Assembly (NCBI GenBank): GCA_037441845.1
Contig: JBBIRK010000003.1
Span: forward strand, 160,001-224,000
Source of the DNA: Candidatus Zixiibacteriota bacterium
GTDB lineage: Bacteria > Zixibacteria > MSB-5A5 > UBA10806 > 4484-95
Length of the DNA: 64,000 bases
Reading direction: 5' to 3'
The translations under genes and the position numbers were made by a program. Positions 38,040 to 46,677 of the stretch are shown one piece after another. Under the pieces are notes generated by a model. It had not been told where the DNA came from. It ran no database searches and saw only the letters and a list, made by a program, of their open reading frames with translations. How positions within the stretch are numbered: the first letter of the stretch is position 1; every line of letters begins with the position of its first letter.

Positions 38040-38558
38040 GTGAAGGTGGAATTGCGTCAAATTACCACGGAGCCTCGGACATTTCATTTTGCGGAAACGG
38101 CCGAGGAATTGGAGATCGATGTCGAGAACGCGAAATTCCCTTTCCCGATCGAGGTCGAATTCGACGGGACGCAGAGCGGTGATGAAATTATCTGCCGGAT
38201 CGATATTCGTGCGGAAATCGAGCTCGAATGCGGCCGCTGCCTCGAAATCTTCTCCATGCCGCTGCATAGCCGGCACCAATTCGTCGTTCAGATGGTTGAT
38301 AATCCGGACCAGCTGGAAAGCGATGATGAAGATTTCGAGGTCATACCGAAAAGCCAAACCGAGCTTGAAATCGGCCGGCGGGTTCGGGAGTTGGTTATTC
38401 TGGCCATACCGATCAAGCCTCTTTGTTCCGAAAATTGTCTTGGTCTTTGTCCCATGTGCGGAATAAATCGTAATGAAGAAAGTTGCGATTGCGTGCAGGA
38501 TAAAGCGGATGAACGCTGGGACGCACTGAAACGGCTGTTCAACAACCAGATGGAATAA
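38040..38558 (+). CDS. yceD: DUF177/YceD family protein
   Basis: ECGRCL, KPLCSENCLGLCPMCG.N.N...C.C and DERWDAL; sits upstream of rpmF; GTG at 38040 preferred as start. Confidence 0.88.
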   Translation: MKVELRQITTEPRTFHFAETAEELEIDVENAKFPFPIEVEFDGTQSGDEIICRIDIRAEIELECGRCLEIFSMPLHSRHQFVVQMVDNPDQLESDDEDFEVIPKSQTELEIGRRVRELVILAIPIKPLCSENCLGLCPMCGINRNEESCDCVQDKADERWDALKRLFNNQME

Positions 38559-38595
38559 TCAAGAGTTTTTTACGGCAATATTCTAAGGAGTTTTC

Positions 38596-38778
38596 ATGCC
38601 CCTTCCCAAAAGAAGACATTCGAAAACACGCGGCAGAAAAAGACGTACCCATTGGATTCTGGCCCAGCCGAACATTATCGAATGCCCTCACTGTCACGAA
38701 AAAAAACTGCCTCATCAAGTCTGCCCTAACTGCGGCTGGTATAAAGGGCGGGAAATGAAGGCGATCACCAAGACTTGA
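38596..38778 (+). CDS. rpmF: 50S ribosomal protein L32 (zinc-binding form)
   Basis: [12 protein letters not shown]...CPHC...[11 protein letters not shown]. Confidence 0.97.
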   Translation: MPLPKRRHSKTRGRKRRTHWILAQPNIIECPHCHEKKLPHQVCPNCGWYKGREMKAITKT

Positions 38779-39848
38779 TCGTGACATTCATGCCGGATTC
38801 CAAGATGAAAATCGCCATAGATGCTATGGGCGGCGATAACGCTCCTTTTTCGGTGGTTGCCGGTACGGTGATGGCAAGCCGCGTGGTCCCGCCCGATGTG
38901 AATTTGGTTCTGGTGGGCCGCGGCGACCTTATCAGAGCCGAACTGAAGAGTCTCGGAGCGTTAGATCGCCCGATCGAAATCGTCGAAGCCCCCGATATTA
39001 TCGACATGGCCGATGATCCGATCGAGGCCGTGCGCCAGAAAAAAACATCGTCCATCAATATCGGCCTGGCATTACAAAAAGAGAAGATCGCCCATGCGTT
39101 CGTCTCGGCCGGAAATACCGGAGCGGTGATGGCCGCTTCGCTGTTCACTCTGGGCCGCCTCGAGGGTGTCGATCGACCGGCGATCGCCGCGCTCTTTCCC
39201 ACCGAGGATGGTGTGGCGCTGGTGCTCGATGTCGGGGCGAATTCCGATTGCAAGGCTCATCACCTTTTCCAGTTCGGCGTGATGGGGGCGATTTATTCAA
39301 AATATATTCTCCGCGTGAAAAATCCGAAAGTCGGCTTGCTTTCGATCGGCGAGGAAAGATCCAAAGGCAACGAATTAGTGATCGCTTCGCATAAACTGCT
39401 CGACCAATCGGGCCTCAATTTCTGCGGCAATGTCGAGGGCCGGGATATTCTCAAAGGAACCGCCGATGTGGTCGTCTGCGATGGTTTCGTGGGAAATATC
39501 GTGCTCAAGTTCGCCGAATCGGTCGAGGGATTCATTTTCCAGCTTCTGCGTAGAAAAATCAGAGGCAATTTATTCGCCACTCTGGGCGCGTTTTTGATGA
39601 AACCCGCATTCCGCAGTTTCAAACAGTCTCTCGATTACGCCGAATACGGGGGCGCGCCGCTTCTGGGAATCAACGGCGTTTGCATAATCTGTCATGGGAG
39701 TTCATCGCCCAAGGCAATCATGAACGCGATTCTGGCGGCGGCCACCGTAGTGCGCCGACAGGTGAATTTCGTTATACAAGAGAAACTAAGGGAAAACGGC
39801 AATATCGACGAGAAGACACCTCGCCGCATCAATAGAATGGTATTATGA
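38775..39848 (+). CDS. plsX: Phosphate acyltransferase PlsX
   Basis: [31 protein letters not shown] and YGGAPLLG; start could be 38790 or 38805. Confidence 0.96.
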   Translation: MIVTFMPDSKMKIAIDAMGGDNAPFSVVAGTVMASRVVPPDVNLVLVGRGDLIRAELKSLGALDRPIEIVEAPDIIDMADDPIEAVRQKKTSSINIGLALQKEKIAHAFVSAGNTGAVMAASLFTLGRLEGVDRPAIAALFPTEDGVALVLDVGANSDCKAHHLFQFGVMGAIYSKYILRVKNPKVGLLSIGEERSKGNELVIASHKLLDQSGLNFCGNVEGRDILKGTADVVVCDGFVGNIVLKFAESVEGFIFQLLRRKIRGNLFATLGAFLMKPAFRSFKQSLDYAEYGGAPLLGINGVCIICHGSSSPKAIMNAILAAATVVRRQVNFVIQEKLRENGNIDEKTPRRINRMVL

Positions 39849-40828
39849 GAAGATACGCACACATCATCGGCACCGGTTCACAGACCCCCCAGCGAGTTTT
39901 AACCAACGCCGAACTCGAAAAAATGGTCGATACCAGCGACGAATGGATCACGACACGCAGCGGAATCAAAGAAAGGCATATCGCATCCCCCAACGAGGCC
40001 GCCTCGGATTTGGCCACGGCTGCGGCGCGGAAAGCGATGGCCGCTGCCGATATCGACGCTGCGGCGATCGATATGATCATACTCGCCACGGTAACACCGG
40101 ATAAGCCTTTGCCTTCGACAGCCTGCTTCGTCCAGGAAAACATAGGCGCCTTCAACGCCGCGGTGATGGACATCGTAGCCGCTTGCTCCGGATTCGTCTA
40201 TGGCTTATCGCTGGCGCGGGGAATGATAGAAACCGCCCAGGCGGATACTATCTTGGTTATCGGCGTCGAGGTGCTTTCTCGAATTACAAACTGGAAAGAT
40301 CGCAATACTTGCGTCCTGTTCGGCGATGGCGCCGGAGCGGCGATCGTGCGGGGCTCCGATTCGCCGGGCGGCATTATCGGGACCTACTTGAAAAGCAACG
40401 GTTCGCTATGGCATCTGCTCACCGTGCCGGCCGGTGGTTGTCGGATGCCGATCGATGAAAGCAATATGAACAACGGGGCGCGCTATATTCAAATGGCCGG
40501 ACCGGAAGTCTATAAAAACGCCGTGCGGGCCATGGAGGAGGCCGGTATCGAGGCCCTCAAACGGACCGGACTCAAAGGCGAGGATATCGCGTTGATGATT
40601 CCCCACCAGGCGAATATCAGAATCATAGAATCGACCGCCAACAAGCTCAACATTTCGATGGATAAAGTATTCGTCAATATTCACAAATACGGCAATACTT
40701 CGGCCGCATCGATCCCCATAGCGCTCGATGAAGCGATAAGAAGCGGAAGGCTCAAGCCGAAAGACAAGGCGCTCTTGGTTGCGTTCGGCGCCGGATTCAC
40801 TTGGGGTTCGGCCGTAGTGGAATTATAA
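39845..40828 (+). CDS. fabH: Beta-ketoacyl-ACP synthase III
   Basis: DTSDEWITTRSGI, AACSGF, FGDGAGA, PHQAN, GNTSAAS and FGAGFTWG. Confidence 0.97.
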   Translation: MRRYAHIIGTGSQTPQRVLTNAELEKMVDTSDEWITTRSGIKERHIASPNEAASDLATAAARKAMAAADIDAAAIDMIILATVTPDKPLPSTACFVQENIGAFNAAVMDIVAACSGFVYGLSLARGMIETAQADTILVIGVEVLSRITNWKDRNTCVLFGDGAGAAIVRGSDSPGGIIGTYLKSNGSLWHLLTVPAGGCRMPIDESNMNNGARYIQMAGPEVYKNAVRAMEEAGIEALKRTGLKGEDIALMIPHQANIRIIESTANKLNISMDKVFVNIHKYGNTSAASIPIALDEAIRSGRLKPKDKALLVAFGAGFTWGSAVVEL

Positions 40829-40833
40829 TAATT

Positions 40834-41757
40834 ATGAAAGCGTTCGTATTTCCGGGGCAGGCATCGCAATATGTCGGGATGGCCGCTGATCTGCACGATC
40901 AATTCGCAGTGGCACGCCGCTATTTCAATCTCGCCGATGAAGTGCTTGGTATACCCTTGCGAAAAACCTGTTTCGAAGGTCCTCAGGAGACCCTTACCCG
41001 CACCGAATTCACTCAACCGGCGATATTCGTGCATTCGGCGATAATCGACGAAATACTTAGGCAGGAAGGCATTAGACCTGCCATGACCGCCGGACATAGT
41101 CTCGGAGAATATTCGGCATTGGTGGCCGCCGGTGCTATTTCATTCGAAGATGGTCTTAAGGCGGTAAAGGCGCGTTCGAGCTACATGCAAATCTGTTGCG
41201 ATAAATATCCCGGCACGATGGCGGCGATCGTGGGGATGTCTCTTCGAGAAGTGGAAAAGGGAATCGCCGGAATAGACGGCGTGGTTCCGGCCAATTACAA
41301 TTCCCCAGATCAGGTTGCCATTTCCGGTAAAAAGGACGCCGTAGAGGCCGCCTGCGCCAAATTGCTCAACCTCGGCGCCAAGAGAGCTATACCACTTTCA
41401 GTGGGTGGGGCATATCATTCGCCGTTGATGGCAGAGGCCAAAACGATGATGGCGGATATTATTGAGTCGCTCGAATTCCGAAAATTCGAGTGCCCGGTCG
41501 TAGCCAATGTCAGCGCCCAGCCGGTTGACGATGCAGTTACCATGAAAAGGCTTCTTGTCGAGCAAATAATATCGCCCGTGCTTTGGTATCCGTCCGTGGT
41601 CAAAATGTATGAAAAAGGAATCAGGGAATTTGTCGAAGTAGGTCCCGGCAAAGTTTTGCAGGGGCTTATTAAACGATGCCTGTCCGGCAAAGATTATCGG
41701 GCATATGGAATCGATAAGTTCGAAGATATTCAAAAAACTTCCGGAGTTGTAGCCTGA
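40834..41757 (+). CDS. fabD: Malonyl-CoA:ACP transacylase
   Basis: FVFPGQASQYVGM, TQPAI, GHSLGEY, VGGAYHS and EVGPGKVL. Confidence 0.96.
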   Translation: MKAFVFPGQASQYVGMAADLHDQFAVARRYFNLADEVLGIPLRKTCFEGPQETLTRTEFTQPAIFVHSAIIDEILRQEGIRPAMTAGHSLGEYSALVAAGAISFEDGLKAVKARSSYMQICCDKYPGTMAAIVGMSLREVEKGIAGIDGVVPANYNSPDQVAISGKKDAVEAACAKLLNLGAKRAIPLSVGGAYHSPLMAEAKTMMADIIESLEFRKFECPVVANVSAQPVDDAVTMKRLLVEQIISPVLWYPSVVKMYEKGIREFVEVGPGKVLQGLIKRCLSGKDYRAYGIDKFEDIQKTSGVVA

Positions 41758-42497
41758 AAACGCTGACGGGAAAAACCGCGCTCGTGACCGGAGCCGCCAG
41801 AGGTATCGGGCTGGCTATTGCCCGCGTTTTGGGTGAAGCCGGCGCCAACATCATGATTTCCGATATATTGGCCGATGCGGCCGCAAAAACTCATGAAGAC
41901 CTGTTGAATCAGGGATTAAGCGCCGCATGGTGCGCCGGCGATGTTTCCCGAGCCGATGATGTGAATCGGCTTTTCGCCGCGGCCGCGGAGAAATTCGGCG
42001 GTGTCGATATTCTTGTCAATAACGCGGGAATCACCCGAGACGCTTTGCTTTTACGCATGGAGGAACGTGACTGGGATCTGGTCATGGCGGTCAATTTGAA
42101 AGGTGCCTTTCTGTGTTCAAAAGCAGCCGCCCGCCAGATGATGAAAAACCGTTTCGGTAGAATAATCAATATCTCGTCGGTCGTCGGGGTGATGGGGAAC
42201 GCCGGCCAGGCAAATTATTCGGCGAGCAAAGCAGGCCTGATAGGTCTGACTAAATCGCTCGCCAAGGAGCTGGCCGCAAGAAATATAACGGTCAACGCCA
42301 TAGCCCCGGGGTTCATCGCCACCGAGATGACCGCAAATCTGCCGAAAGAGGCTCTGGACAAATTTCTCGAGGCGATTCCGCTCGGCAGGCCGGGGACTCC
42401 TGCCGACGTTGCCGGTGCAGTGAAATTTCTGGCCGGAGATGACGCAGGTTATATCACCGGCCAGGTCATTCATGTTGACGGCGGAATGTTGATGTAA
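41754..42497 (+). CDS. fabG: 3-oxoacyl-ACP reductase (probable CTG start)
   Basis: (L)[33 protein letters not shown] and GQVIHVDGG; the first canonical start (GTG 41784) falls inside the Rossmann beta1 strand. Confidence 0.95.
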   Translation: MKTLTGKTALVTGAARGIGLAIARVLGEAGANIMISDILADAAAKTHEDLLNQGLSAAWCAGDVSRADDVNRLFAAAAEKFGGVDILVNNAGITRDALLLRMEERDWDLVMAVNLKGAFLCSKAAARQMMKNRFGRIINISSVVGVMGNAGQANYSASKAGLIGLTKSLAKELAARNITVNAIAPGFIATEMTANLPKEALDKFLEAIPLGRPGTPADVAGAVKFLAGDDAGYITGQVIHVDGGMLM

Positions 42498-42525
42498 TCG
42501 TCATAACGTATATCTTAAGGAGGAA

Positions 42526-42768
42526 ATGATGGCTTCAATTGAGGAAAGAGTGAAAAACGTCATCATCGACAGCTTGAGTGTGGACGCCGAAAAAGTCACG
42601 CCCGACGCCAGCTTCGTCGACGATCTTGACGCCGATTCGCTCGACCAGGTGGAGTTGATTCTCGCGCTCGAAGAAGAATTCAAATGCCAGATTCCCGAAG
42701 AAGACGCCAGCAAAATCACCACGGTCGGCGAGGCGATCGAATACTTGAAGAAAATGGTAAAAGAATAA
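42526..42768 (+). CDS. acpP: Acyl carrier protein
   Basis: [23 protein letters not shown]. Confidence 0.96.
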   Translation: MMASIEERVKNVIIDSLSVDAEKVTPDASFVDDLDADSLDQVELILALEEEFKCQIPEEDASKITTVGEAIEYLKKMVKE

Positions 42769-42772
42769 CCGG

Positions 42773-44029
42773 ATGCCATTCATGCTGAATCGAGTCGTAA
42801 TTACCGGAATGGGCGTAATATCGCCTATCGGCAATACCCTTGATGAGTTCTGGTCGAGTTTGATTTCCGGAAAATCCGGAATCGGACCGGTTACCAAATG
42901 CGACTGTTCCAATCTACCGTCGCGTATAGGCGGGGAAGTGAAAAACTTCGATCCGCACGACTATATGGACAAGAAGGAAGCCAAACGTTTGGATCTTTCC
43001 CAGCAGTATGCCATGGCGGCGGCGCGGGCGGCGATAAGCGATGCGGGATTGGAAAACGGTCGATACGCGCCGGAAAGGGCTGGAGTGGTGATCGGTTCCG
43101 GAATAGGGGGGATCATCACGTTCGAACAACAGCATGCATTGATCGTTCAAGGAAAGGCCGAAAGGGTTTCGCCGTTTTTCATTCCGATGATGATCGCCGA
43201 TATGTCGGCCGGGTTGGTATCCATAAAATATAATTTCAAAGGACCCAATTACGCCGCCGTTTCGGCTTGCGCCTCGGGACCGCATGCCATCGCCGACGCT
43301 TTCCAATTGATCAAAAGCGGAATGGCCGATGTTATGGTGGCCGGAGGAACCGAGGCGGCGATCACCGTTACCGCATTCGCGGGATTTTGCAATGCCCGCG
43401 CCCTCTCCCAGCGAAACGACGAACCGGAAAAAGCCTCGCGCCCGTTCGATAAAGATCGCGACGGCTTCGTGATGGGCGAAGGGGCCGGCATCGTGGTTCT
43501 GGAAAAACTCGAACATGCGCTCGATCGCGGCGCGAAAATCTATGCCGAGGTGGCCGGGTTCGGAATGTCCGCCGACGCTTATCATATCACGGCCCCTGCT
43601 CCCGACGGCGATGGTGCGGCCAGAAGCATGAAAGCCGCGCTCGATTATTCGGGGATCGCCGCCGAAGACGTAAGCTATATCAACACGCACGGCACCTCGA
43701 CCGAGCTCGGCGATATAGCCGAAACCATGGCAATAAAGAAAGTGTTCGGAGAATGCGCGTATAAAATACCCTGCAATTCCACGAAATCGATGATCGGGCA
43801 TCTGCTCGGAGCTACCGGCGCCGTCGAACTGATCGCCACTGCTCTGCAGCTGAAAAACGGCAAGATCCATCCGACGATCAACCTCGAAAATCCCGATCCT
43901 CAATGCGACCTCGATTACGTAAAGGATGGTTGTCGTAATATCGAGATGAACTATGCCCTTTCCAATTCGTTCGGATTTGGAGGGCACAACATTACGCTGG
44001 CATTGAAGAGATTTTCGGACGGCAAGTGA
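42773..44029 (+). CDS. fabF: Beta-ketoacyl-ACP synthase II
   Basis: RVVITGMG, SACASG, RDGFVMGEG, NTHGTST, GHLLGA and SNSFGFGGHN. Confidence 0.97.
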   Translation: MPFMLNRVVITGMGVISPIGNTLDEFWSSLISGKSGIGPVTKCDCSNLPSRIGGEVKNFDPHDYMDKKEAKRLDLSQQYAMAAARAAISDAGLENGRYAPERAGVVIGSGIGGIITFEQQHALIVQGKAERVSPFFIPMMIADMSAGLVSIKYNFKGPNYAAVSACASGPHAIADAFQLIKSGMADVMVAGGTEAAITVTAFAGFCNARALSQRNDEPEKASRPFDKDRDGFVMGEGAGIVVLEKLEHALDRGAKIYAEVAGFGMSADAYHITAPAPDGDGAARSMKAALDYSGIAAEDVSYINTHGTSTELGDIAETMAIKKVFGECAYKIPCNSTKSMIGHLLGATGAVELIATALQLKNGKIHPTINLENPDPQCDLDYVKDGCRNIEMNYALSNSFGFGGHNITLALKRFSDGK

Positions 44030-44030
44030 G

Positions 44031-44756
44031 TTGTTATTTTCCCGTTGGCTGAAAAAAAGATCCGCCGAACCGCTGGAAAGGCTGCAGCGGACTATCGGGT
44101 ATCGATTCAAAGACACCGGCCTGCTGCGAAGCGCCCTGGCTCATCGCTCGTGCCTGAAAGAAACCGGATTGCGTTCCAACGAACGACTGGAATTTCTGGG
44201 CGACGCTGTTCTCGGCTCGATCGTTTCGGAATTCCTGTTCAGAGAGGATCGTGGCCGTTCCGAGGGCGAACTGACCAGAATGAAAGCGGCGCTGGTCAAC
44301 GAAACCGTTCTTAGCCAGGCGGCCCGGTCATTCGGTCTGGGCGATTATATTTATCTGAGCGCCGAAGAGGAAAAATCGGGCGGACGCCAGCGTCCCTCGA
44401 TAACCGCCGACGCGTTCGAGGCGCTGCTCGGGGCGATATATATCGATGGCGGTTTCAAGGCCGCCTCTCGGTTCGTCGGCAGATTTCTGCTCGATAATTA
44501 TCAAAGCTATATCAAAAGCGCCGATCTTCATAACTATAAAGGCGAATTGCTCGAATGGCTTCAGGGCCATGGCTCGGGTATGCCGCAATATAGAATAAGC
44601 GACCAGATCGGTCCCGACCACGATAAGATATTTCATGTGGCCGTATATGCGGGCGGGGAGAAGCTGGGAGAAGGCGAAGGGCGATCGAAAAAGGAAGCTG
44701 AACAGAGAGCCGCACGCCAGGCTCTGATGAAAATAAAATCATCGAGGAATAATTGA
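44031..44756 (+). CDS. rnc: Ribonuclease III
   Basis: NERLEFLGDAVL, ADAFEALLGAIYIDGG and dsRBD motif G.SKKEAEQ.AA. Confidence 0.96.
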   Translation: MLFSRWLKKRSAEPLERLQRTIGYRFKDTGLLRSALAHRSCLKETGLRSNERLEFLGDAVLGSIVSEFLFREDRGRSEGELTRMKAALVNETVLSQAARSFGLGDYIYLSAEEEKSGGRQRPSITADAFEALLGAIYIDGGFKAASRFVGRFLLDNYQSYIKSADLHNYKGELLEWLQGHGSGMPQYRISDQIGPDHDKIFHVAVYAGGEKLGEGEGRSKKEAEQRAARQALMKIKSSRNN

Positions 44757-44757
44757 C

Positions 44758-45333
44758 ATGCCGGCGACGACTGCATTGTTGCTGTTGCTTTTAGGCGCCA
44801 TGGTCTATTTGTTGTTCACTCCGGTTTCGATTTCCTACCATCGCAACCGGGAAGGCCCCGCTGGAATGGAAATCAGGTTACGGCCGTTTCCTCCTCTGAA
44901 ATTTACGCCGTCTCCAGCACGCAAAAGGGCAAGACAAAAGAAACCACCGGTCGCCGCCCGGAAACTGCGAGGGGCTTTCGCTCGAAAAAGTATCGATTCC
45001 GCCTACTTGATCAAGATGATACGGGAATCCCTGTGGTTGTTATCGAATCTCTATCGGTCATTGCGGCGCAAAGAGATTAATCTTCATCTATCGGGGGGAG
45101 TCTCCGGGGATCCATGCGCTTCCGGGCAACTCTACGGCGCCTGCGTGGCCGCGGCCTCGATAATGCCGAATTGGCTTAAATTGACCTTTGAGCCGGATTT
45201 TCTGGCCGATGATCTGGATATCTTTTTTTCATTTGAAACTGAATTCAGATTGGCTTCGATTTTGGCGAATCTCCTGATCTTTTTAATACGCATACCAAAA
45301 ATAAAAACGGCGGCGCTGTTACTAGGCCGCTGA
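44758..45333 (+). CDS. DUF2953/YtfI-like membrane protein
   Basis: N-terminal TM helix; GDPCASGQLYG and FEPDF; directly upstream of the ytfJ-like gene. Confidence 0.6.
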   Translation: MPATTALLLLLLGAMVYLLFTPVSISYHRNREGPAGMEIRLRPFPPLKFTPSPARKRARQKKPPVAARKLRGAFARKSIDSAYLIKMIRESLWLLSNLYRSLRRKEINLHLSGGVSGDPCASGQLYGACVAAASIMPNWLKLTFEPDFLADDLDIFFSFETEFRLASILANLLIFLIRIPKIKTAALLLGR

Positions 45334-45346
45334 AAGGAAAACTCTT

Positions 45347-45745
45347 ATGTCGGCAAGAATAACTGAAATGCTGGAATCGATCATAGGCCAACTCAGGCAG
45401 ATTTCGTCCACCGAAACGATAATCGGCAAACCGGTCACGTTCGGGGATAAAATGATCGTGCCGGTGACCAAAGTCATGATAGGATTCGGCGCCGGCGGAG
45501 CCGAAGGACAACAGCAAGGGAAAGGTTCCGGTTTCGGTGGGGGTGGTGGTGGAGGTGCGAGAGTCGAACCGGTCGGCTTTATAGTAATCGTCGAAGACAA
45601 GATATCGTTTTTGCCGACGGCTCAGAAAAGATTCGAGGGACTTATCGAAGCGATTCCCGATATCGTGGAGAAGATAAAGGGCATCAAAAAGCCCAAAAGC
45701 GAGGGCGAAGAGAATAAAGACATTAAGGATAGGGAAAAGAAATGA
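45347..45745 (+). CDS. YtfJ/GerW family protein
   Basis: ETIIGKP....IVPVTKV.IGFGAGG...GGGGGGG.VEPVGFIVI. Confidence 0.9.
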   Translation: MSARITEMLESIIGQLRQISSTETIIGKPVTFGDKMIVPVTKVMIGFGAGGAEGQQQGKGSGFGGGGGGGARVEPVGFIVIVEDKISFLPTAQKRFEGLIEAIPDIVEKIKGIKKPKSEGEENKDIKDREKK

Positions 45746-46500
45746 AGATAGCGGTATTGGTCAAACACACTCCACAAGTGGCGGGCGTGAAAGTCGGAGA
45801 TAAAGTCGAATGGGCGGAAAGCGATATGATCGTCAATCCTTTCGATGAGTATGCGATCGAGGAGGCGATCCGAATAAAGGAAAAAATCGGCTGCAAGACG
45901 GCGGCGGTTTCCTATGGGAAAAACGGAGCCGAGGCCGCATTACGCGATGCCTTGGCGCTGGGAATCGACGAAGCTTATCTGATAGCCGATGACCTTTTCG
46001 ATAATCTTGACCCCCTGAAAACGGCGATCGTGCTCGCGGCGGCGATTAAGAAAATAGACGACGTCAAAATGATCCTGACAGGCAAGCAGGCCACCGATGA
46101 CGATTCCGCCGCGGTCGCTCCCGCCATAGCCGCTCACCTCGGCTGGCCGCAGGTCGGGTTCGTGCGCAAGTTCGAGTCGATCGACGACAAAGAGGCCACC
46201 TGCCAGCGCACTACCGATGAAGGACACGACAGAATCACCGTTCCGCTGCCCTCGGCGTTTTCCGTGGTAAAAGAGATAAATGAACCGCGGTTGCCATCGC
46301 TGAAAGGTAAAATGCAGGCCAAGAAGGCTCCTCTGACCAAATGGTCGCCGAGCGACCTGGGAATTCAAATTGAGGCCAAAGTGAAGTTGTTACAAACTCT
46401 CACTCCGCCACAAAGAACTGCCGGTGAGATTTTAAGCGGCGATGCTGATCAGGTGGTCGAGACGCTGGTGGCCAGGTTGAAGGAAAATCAGATTATCTGA
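45742..46500 (+). CDS. etfB: Electron transfer flavoprotein beta subunit
   Basis: KIAVLVKH, NPFDEYAIEEA, ALALGID, GKQATDDD and INEPRLPSLKG.M.AKK. Confidence 0.92.
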   Translation: MKIAVLVKHTPQVAGVKVGDKVEWAESDMIVNPFDEYAIEEAIRIKEKIGCKTAAVSYGKNGAEAALRDALALGIDEAYLIADDLFDNLDPLKTAIVLAAAIKKIDDVKMILTGKQATDDDSAAVAPAIAAHLGWPQVGFVRKFESIDDKEATCQRTTDEGHDRITVPLPSAFSVVKEINEPRLPSLKGKMQAKKAPLTKWSPSDLGIQIEAKVKLLQTLTPPQRTAGEILSGDADQVVETLVARLKENQII

Positions 46501-46677
46501 TTCGATCGCGTCTATACGTCTCGGTCTGTTTGTTCAACACTTTATATTATTTATTTAATTTGTTATAAAGCAATGTATTGACAATTGCTGTTCGTGTTTG
46601 TGGACAGCTTTGTCATTGACATTTTATCGATCTATGTTATATTGCTATTGTTACATATTTATAACATAAGTGTGACA

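Noticed and set aside
42914..44116. Long antisense ORFs (e.g. 400 aa opposite fabF, 325 aa at 2954-3931, 336 aa at 62248-63258)
   Set aside because: Shadow frames of well-supported genes with no recognisable motifs.
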